A model generated the notes under the pieces. That model was given only the letters and a program-made list of their open reading frames with translations. It was not told where the DNA came from and did no database searches. Both the position numbers and the translations under genes were made by a program. From an uncultured Clostridium sp. (GTDB lineage: Bacteria; Bacillota; Clostridia; TANB77; CAG-508), in NCBI GenBank assembly GCA_930982035.1, contig CAKNJL010000005.1, forward strand, positions 1-62,920: a stretch of DNA of 62,920 nt, given 5' to 3'. Of the stretch, positions 59,368 through 62,920 are shown piece by piece. Position 1 is the stretch's first letter. Each line of letters starts with the position of its first letter.

Positions 59368-60645
59368 TTGAAAAGAATTGCTATTTTTCTAATAATCTTA
59401 ATAATGATAAGTATAACCAGTATAGCTGTAGAAAGTGATGGGCAAAGTCAAGATAATATCTATTTAGATATATCAAAATCAGAAGTGAAAAGTGATGAAG
59501 AATTTAGCTTTACAATAAATCTAGCAAACATTGACATATCTGCTTTTGATTTAAATATCTATTTTAATGAAAACTTATTTCAATATGTATCAGGCCCAGA
59601 AAATACTAATGTTGTAAATGGTAAAATTATAACATCTTGGTATGATGAAACTGGAGGAAATAATGCAAAACAAAATTGCGAATTGGTAAAATATACATTA
59701 AAAGCAAAAGAAATAGGAAATGAGTTGATATCAGTACAAGGAGAGTTTTATGATTCGGAAGGAAATTTAGTGCAAAGATTTACAGATGGTATAGAAGTAA
59801 TAACAGAAGAAGAAGGAGAAATAGAAAAGATAGAAATTTCAGAAACAAGTCAAACATCTGATGATAATTCAAAACTAGAAATTATGAGATTAAAACAAGA
59901 AGGAATAACACCAGTATTTTCTCCAGATATAACAGAATATTATTTTTTGACAAAAGACTTAAATAGTTTAGAAATTACAGCAATACCACAAAATGCAAAT
60001 TCAGAAGTAATTGTAACTGGAAATACAAATTTTAAAGAAGGATTAAATACAATAAATATTAATGTAAATTCACCAGACAAAACAAGTGTAACAAACTATA
60101 AAATTTATGTGACCAAAACTAATAATTTAGAACAAGCAAATGCTAATCTAGAAACATTAGCAATAGAAAATGTTACATTAGAACCTGAGTTTGCAAATGA
60201 TATTTATGAATATAATACAATAGTTACAAATACAACTGAAAACTTAAACATTTTGGCAATTCCGGAAAAACAAACTGCAAATGTACAGATATCTGGGGGA
60301 AGTAATTTAGTGTATGGAAATAATGAAATTTTGATTAATGTTATTGCTGAAAATGGTTATACTAAAAAAGAGTATAAAGTAAATGTATATAGGAGAAATG
60401 AAGAAGAACAAAAATTAGCAGATGAGCAAAAACAAATAGAAATTCAGAAATTAAATGCTATATTAGAAAGTCAAAATGAAGAAAATGAACAACAAAGTGA
60501 AAATAATGAAATTACACAAAGTAATATTGCAGAAACTATAAAAGAAAATAAGTGGAAAATAGTAGTAGTAATAATTATTGTGATAGCAATATTATCAATT
60601 GTTATATATAGAATAAAAAGTTACAATTCACATATTACAAAATAA
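59368..60645 (+). CDS. membrane-anchored protein with cohesin-like and two cadherin-like beta-sandwich domains
   Basis: SEVKSDEEFSFTI...IYFNENLFQYV; repeats ITPVFSPDITEY and LEPEFANDIYEY; C-terminal TM. Confidence 0.75.
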   Translation: MKRIAIFLIILIMISITSIAVESDGQSQDNIYLDISKSEVKSDEEFSFTINLANIDISAFDLNIYFNENLFQYVSGPENTNVVNGKIITSWYDETGGNNAKQNCELVKYTLKAKEIGNELISVQGEFYDSEGNLVQRFTDGIEVITEEEGEIEKIEISETSQTSDDNSKLEIMRLKQEGITPVFSPDITEYYFLTKDLNSLEITAIPQNANSEVIVTGNTNFKEGLNTININVNSPDKTSVTNYKIYVTKTNNLEQANANLETLAIENVTLEPEFANDIYEYNTIVTNTTENLNILAIPEKQTANVQISGGSNLVYGNNEILINVIAENGYTKKEYKVNVYRRNEEEQKLADEQKQIEIQKLNAILESQNEENEQQSENNEITQSNIAETIKENKWKIVVVIIIVIAILSIVIYRIKSYNSHITK

Positions 60646-60844
60646 GGAATGTATATATATTAATATTTCATAAATTTCTCGGCTCAATACGAATGTTAAG
60701 AAAATCTAAAATTATTTTATGGCACCCTTTCACTTAGTCCTCGCTACGCTCGACGCGAACATTTTCCATAAAATAATTTAAGATTTTCTAACCATTCTTC
60801 AATCACATTCGAAATTTATTCAATATTAATATACATACATTCTT
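60644..60844. repeat. 200-bp MITE-like foldback element
   Basis: Imperfect inverted arms of about 79 nt (60644-60722 and 60766-60844) around a GC-richer loop containing CTCGCTACGCTCG. Confidence 0.75.
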
Positions 60845-60966
60845 AAAATAGATGTAAAACTGTGAATTGTAAATAAAAATAATAAAAAAGTGAAGAAATT
60901 CAAAAAAAGTATTTACGAATTGCCATTAACTTGGTATAATGCTATTGTAAATTTGGAGGTGATAAT

Positions 60967-61104
60967 ATGAAATATAGATGTATGGCATGTGGATATATTT
61001 ATGATGAAGAAGTTGAAGGAGTAAAATTTGAAGACTTACCAGAAGATTGGGTTTGTCCACTATGTGGAGTAGGAAAAGATATGTTTGAAAAAGTTGAAGA
61101 ATAA
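60967..61104 (+). CDS. rubredoxin (45 aa, absent from ORF track)
   Basis: [13 protein letters not shown]...[29 protein letters not shown]; promoter TTTACG-17-TATAAT at 60912-60940. Confidence 0.95.
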   Translation: MKYRCMACGYIYDEEVEGVKFEDLPEDWVCPLCGVGKDMFEKVEE

Positions 61105-61267
61105 GAATACAGTTTGGGACATGGCACTTTTTGTATGCTATGTCTTTAATTTACGTGTAAAAAATTTTATATACTTGAATTTTAGTAATTACTTAAATAA
61201 TTATAATAGGTTTATAGATTAATTCCTAAAAAAATCTAAATTTATTATAAAAGGAAATTTAGAAAAA

Positions 61268-61783
61268 ATGGATATCAAAGAAATTAATAGAATATCTATC
61301 ATTGGAGGACCAGGAACAGGAAAAACAACATTATCAGATAAATTAGGAAAAAAATATAATATACCTGTATATCATTTAGATGGCATACATCATCTAGAAA
61401 ATTGGATACCTAGAGATAAAGATGAAAGAGATAGAATGATTTTAGAAAAAGCTCAAGAAGATAAATGGATAATGGATGGTACATATAAAACAACATTAGG
61501 AGAACGAGTTGAAAGGTCTGATGTTATTATTTATTTGAATTATTCAAGATTTACTAGAATAAAAGGAATAATGGGGAGATATCTGAAAAATAGAAATAAA
61601 GAAAAGCCAGAAATACCTGGGTGTAAAGAAAAAATGGATACAAAATTTTTAAAATTTACTTTCGACTGGGACAAAACAAAAGGAGATACAGTTAAAGAAA
61701 TTTTAGAAAAAAATAATGATAAGAAAGTATATGTATTTAAAAATAGAAAACAATTGAATAAATGGTATGAAAAACTAAAATAA
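61268..61783 (+). CDS. adenylate-kinase-like P-loop protein (FlaR/topology modulation family)
   Basis: IIGGPGTGKTT, YHLD, WIMDGTY. Confidence 0.8.
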   Translation: MDIKEINRISIIGGPGTGKTTLSDKLGKKYNIPVYHLDGIHHLENWIPRDKDERDRMILEKAQEDKWIMDGTYKTTLGERVERSDVIIYLNYSRFTRIKGIMGRYLKNRNKEKPEIPGCKEKMDTKFLKFTFDWDKTKGDTVKEILEKNNDKKVYVFKNRKQLNKWYEKLK

Positions 61784-61820
61784 TTAGTGATGAATAGAGA
61801 TTAAAGTTGGGAGAAAGAAT

Positions 61821-62462
61821 ATGAGAATAGTATTAGTAAGACATGGAGAATCTGAATTTAATAAATTATCTAAAGAAGGGAAAAAGATATATTGTGGAGC
61901 TTATAATACAGTACTTACAGATAACGGAAGAAGAATGGCTAAAAATTTGAGAAATAACAAATATATTCAAGAATTAGATGAAATATATTCTTCTGATTTA
62001 GATAGAGCCATAGATACGGCAATATTAGCAACTGGAAAGACAGATTTTAAAAGGTTGTCAATTTTAAGAGAAAGGTCATTAGGGAAGTTTGAAGGAAAAC
62101 TAGAAGAAGAATTAGAAAAAGAATATCCACAATATTTTACAGATTCTAAATTTATGAAATTTAGAAGAGATTTTGTAACAAAAGCACCAGAAGGTGAAAA
62201 TTTAGAAGATGTAAGTAAAAGATGTAGAGAATTTGTGAGTACATTAGACTTAAAAAGCAATTTAACAATAGGCATTTTTACTCATTATACTTTTATTTGT
62301 TGCATGTTATATGTGTTGATGGGATTAGATAAAGAGACAGTAATGAAAATGAAAATTCCAAATTGTGAACCAATTTTAGTAGAAGGAAACAAAGTAGGAG
62401 ATTTTGTATTAAAATCACATAGCTTATCACAATTACAAAATTTGAATTGTATTAAGTTATAA
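61821..62462 (+). CDS. histidine phosphatase family protein
   Basis: LVRHGES, YSSDLDRA, LRERSLGKFEG. Confidence 0.9.
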   Translation: MRIVLVRHGESEFNKLSKEGKKIYCGAYNTVLTDNGRRMAKNLRNNKYIQELDEIYSSDLDRAIDTAILATGKTDFKRLSILRERSLGKFEGKLEEELEKEYPQYFTDSKFMKFRRDFVTKAPEGENLEDVSKRCREFVSTLDLKSNLTIGIFTHYTFICCMLYVLMGLDKETVMKMKIPNCEPILVEGNKVGDFVLKSHSLSQLQNLNCIKL

Positions 62463-62576
62463 TCAAATAAAAAATTTTACAATTAATAATTATGGAAAAA
62501 ATTAGGAAAAGAAGAGACTTTATTAGAATAAGGGATATTAAGTAATGTGATTTTTGAATGAAAAGCAGATAAAAAA

Positions 62577-62787
62577 TCTTAGAGTCAATAACTCTAAGAT
62601 TTTTTTATAAATAAATTTTATCAATAAAAGACTGTTAAGTCAATGAAAATTTGAAAAAGTTATAAAAAATTTTTTTCAAATATAAATAAAAAATAAAGTA
62701 TCTTTTAATTTATAAAAAACGCTAAAGTTATATCATATCAAAAGGTGTATTGACAAAAAGTTTTTCTTAGAGTTATTGACTCTAAGA
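62577..62787. promoter_or_regulatory. candidate invertible promoter segment flanked by 23-bp inverted sites
   Basis: TCTTAGAGTCAATAACTCTAAGA (62577-62599) and its exact reverse complement (62765-62787). Minus-strand TTGACT-17-TAAAAT with extended TG at 62643-62615. Confidence 0.6.
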
Positions 62788-62813
62788 AAAATATAACAAA
62801 GGAGAATGAAGAT

Positions 62814-62900
62814 ATGAGAGAAGCAAAGAGAAAAAACAGAGGAATTACACTAATAGCATTAATAGTTACAATTGTACTAAACGCTAGCGCGTGGTCCTAA
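62814..62900 (+). pseudogene. type IV pilin leader fragment, truncated after the first hydrophobic residues
   Basis: SD AAGGAG; MREAKRKNRG|ITLIALIVTIVL then NASAWS*. Confidence 0.75.
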
Positions 62901-62920
62901 AGCAAGAAGATAGCATCCAA

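Noticed and set aside
864..62275. Many minus-strand ORFs rich in F/S/L/I overlapping long genes
   Set aside because: They are antisense shadows of A-rich coding strands and overlap confident CDSs.
62874..62920. Group II intron causing the pilin (or rpsT) interruption
   Set aside because: Neither junction starts with the GTGYG 5' consensus, and too little sequence is visible to support it.
1..62920. Stop-codon reassignment, tRNA/rRNA genes, prophage or intact IS
   Set aside because: Conserved genes end normally at TAA, TAG and TGA, and I recognised no structural RNA, phage or transposase sequence.

Overview
Very AT-rich chromosomal segment of a spore-forming Clostridia-like bacterium (lineage inferred from gene content; it resembles uncultured gut Clostridia). 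Almost all genes are on the purine-rich + strand. It carries housekeeping genes (rpsT fragment, rpiB, hslO, ppaC, smc, folC, thyX, folA, minD/minE, rodA, dusB, pyrB/I/C/F/K/D, malQ, asnS), sporulation-type genes (YtaF, SplB-like, SpoIVFA/FB-like, GerS-like), an ABC exporter, an orphan MazF and a sortase/cohesin/dockerin cell-wall-hydrolase cluster. I saw no rRNA, tRNA, CRISPR array, transposase, recombinase or reverse transcriptase. Main signals: (1) three otherwise healthy host genes (rpsT, wecA-rubredoxin, arsC/Spx family) break at an in-frame CGG-A. Two of them resume in the +1 frame at GGA, suggesting CGG-triggered recoding. (2) At the right end, a type IV pilin leader is cut at the same codon as a second leader at 51.4 kb. 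It lies behind a 165-bp segment flanked by 23-bp inverted sites that holds a sigma-A promoter pointing away from the gene (candidate invertible switch). (3) At least five families of REP/REPIN-like palindromes share a stem-GGGAC/GGGCC-stem design and often supply stop codons or abut ribosome-binding sites. All calls were made by eye from the sequence and ORF track; no searches were run.
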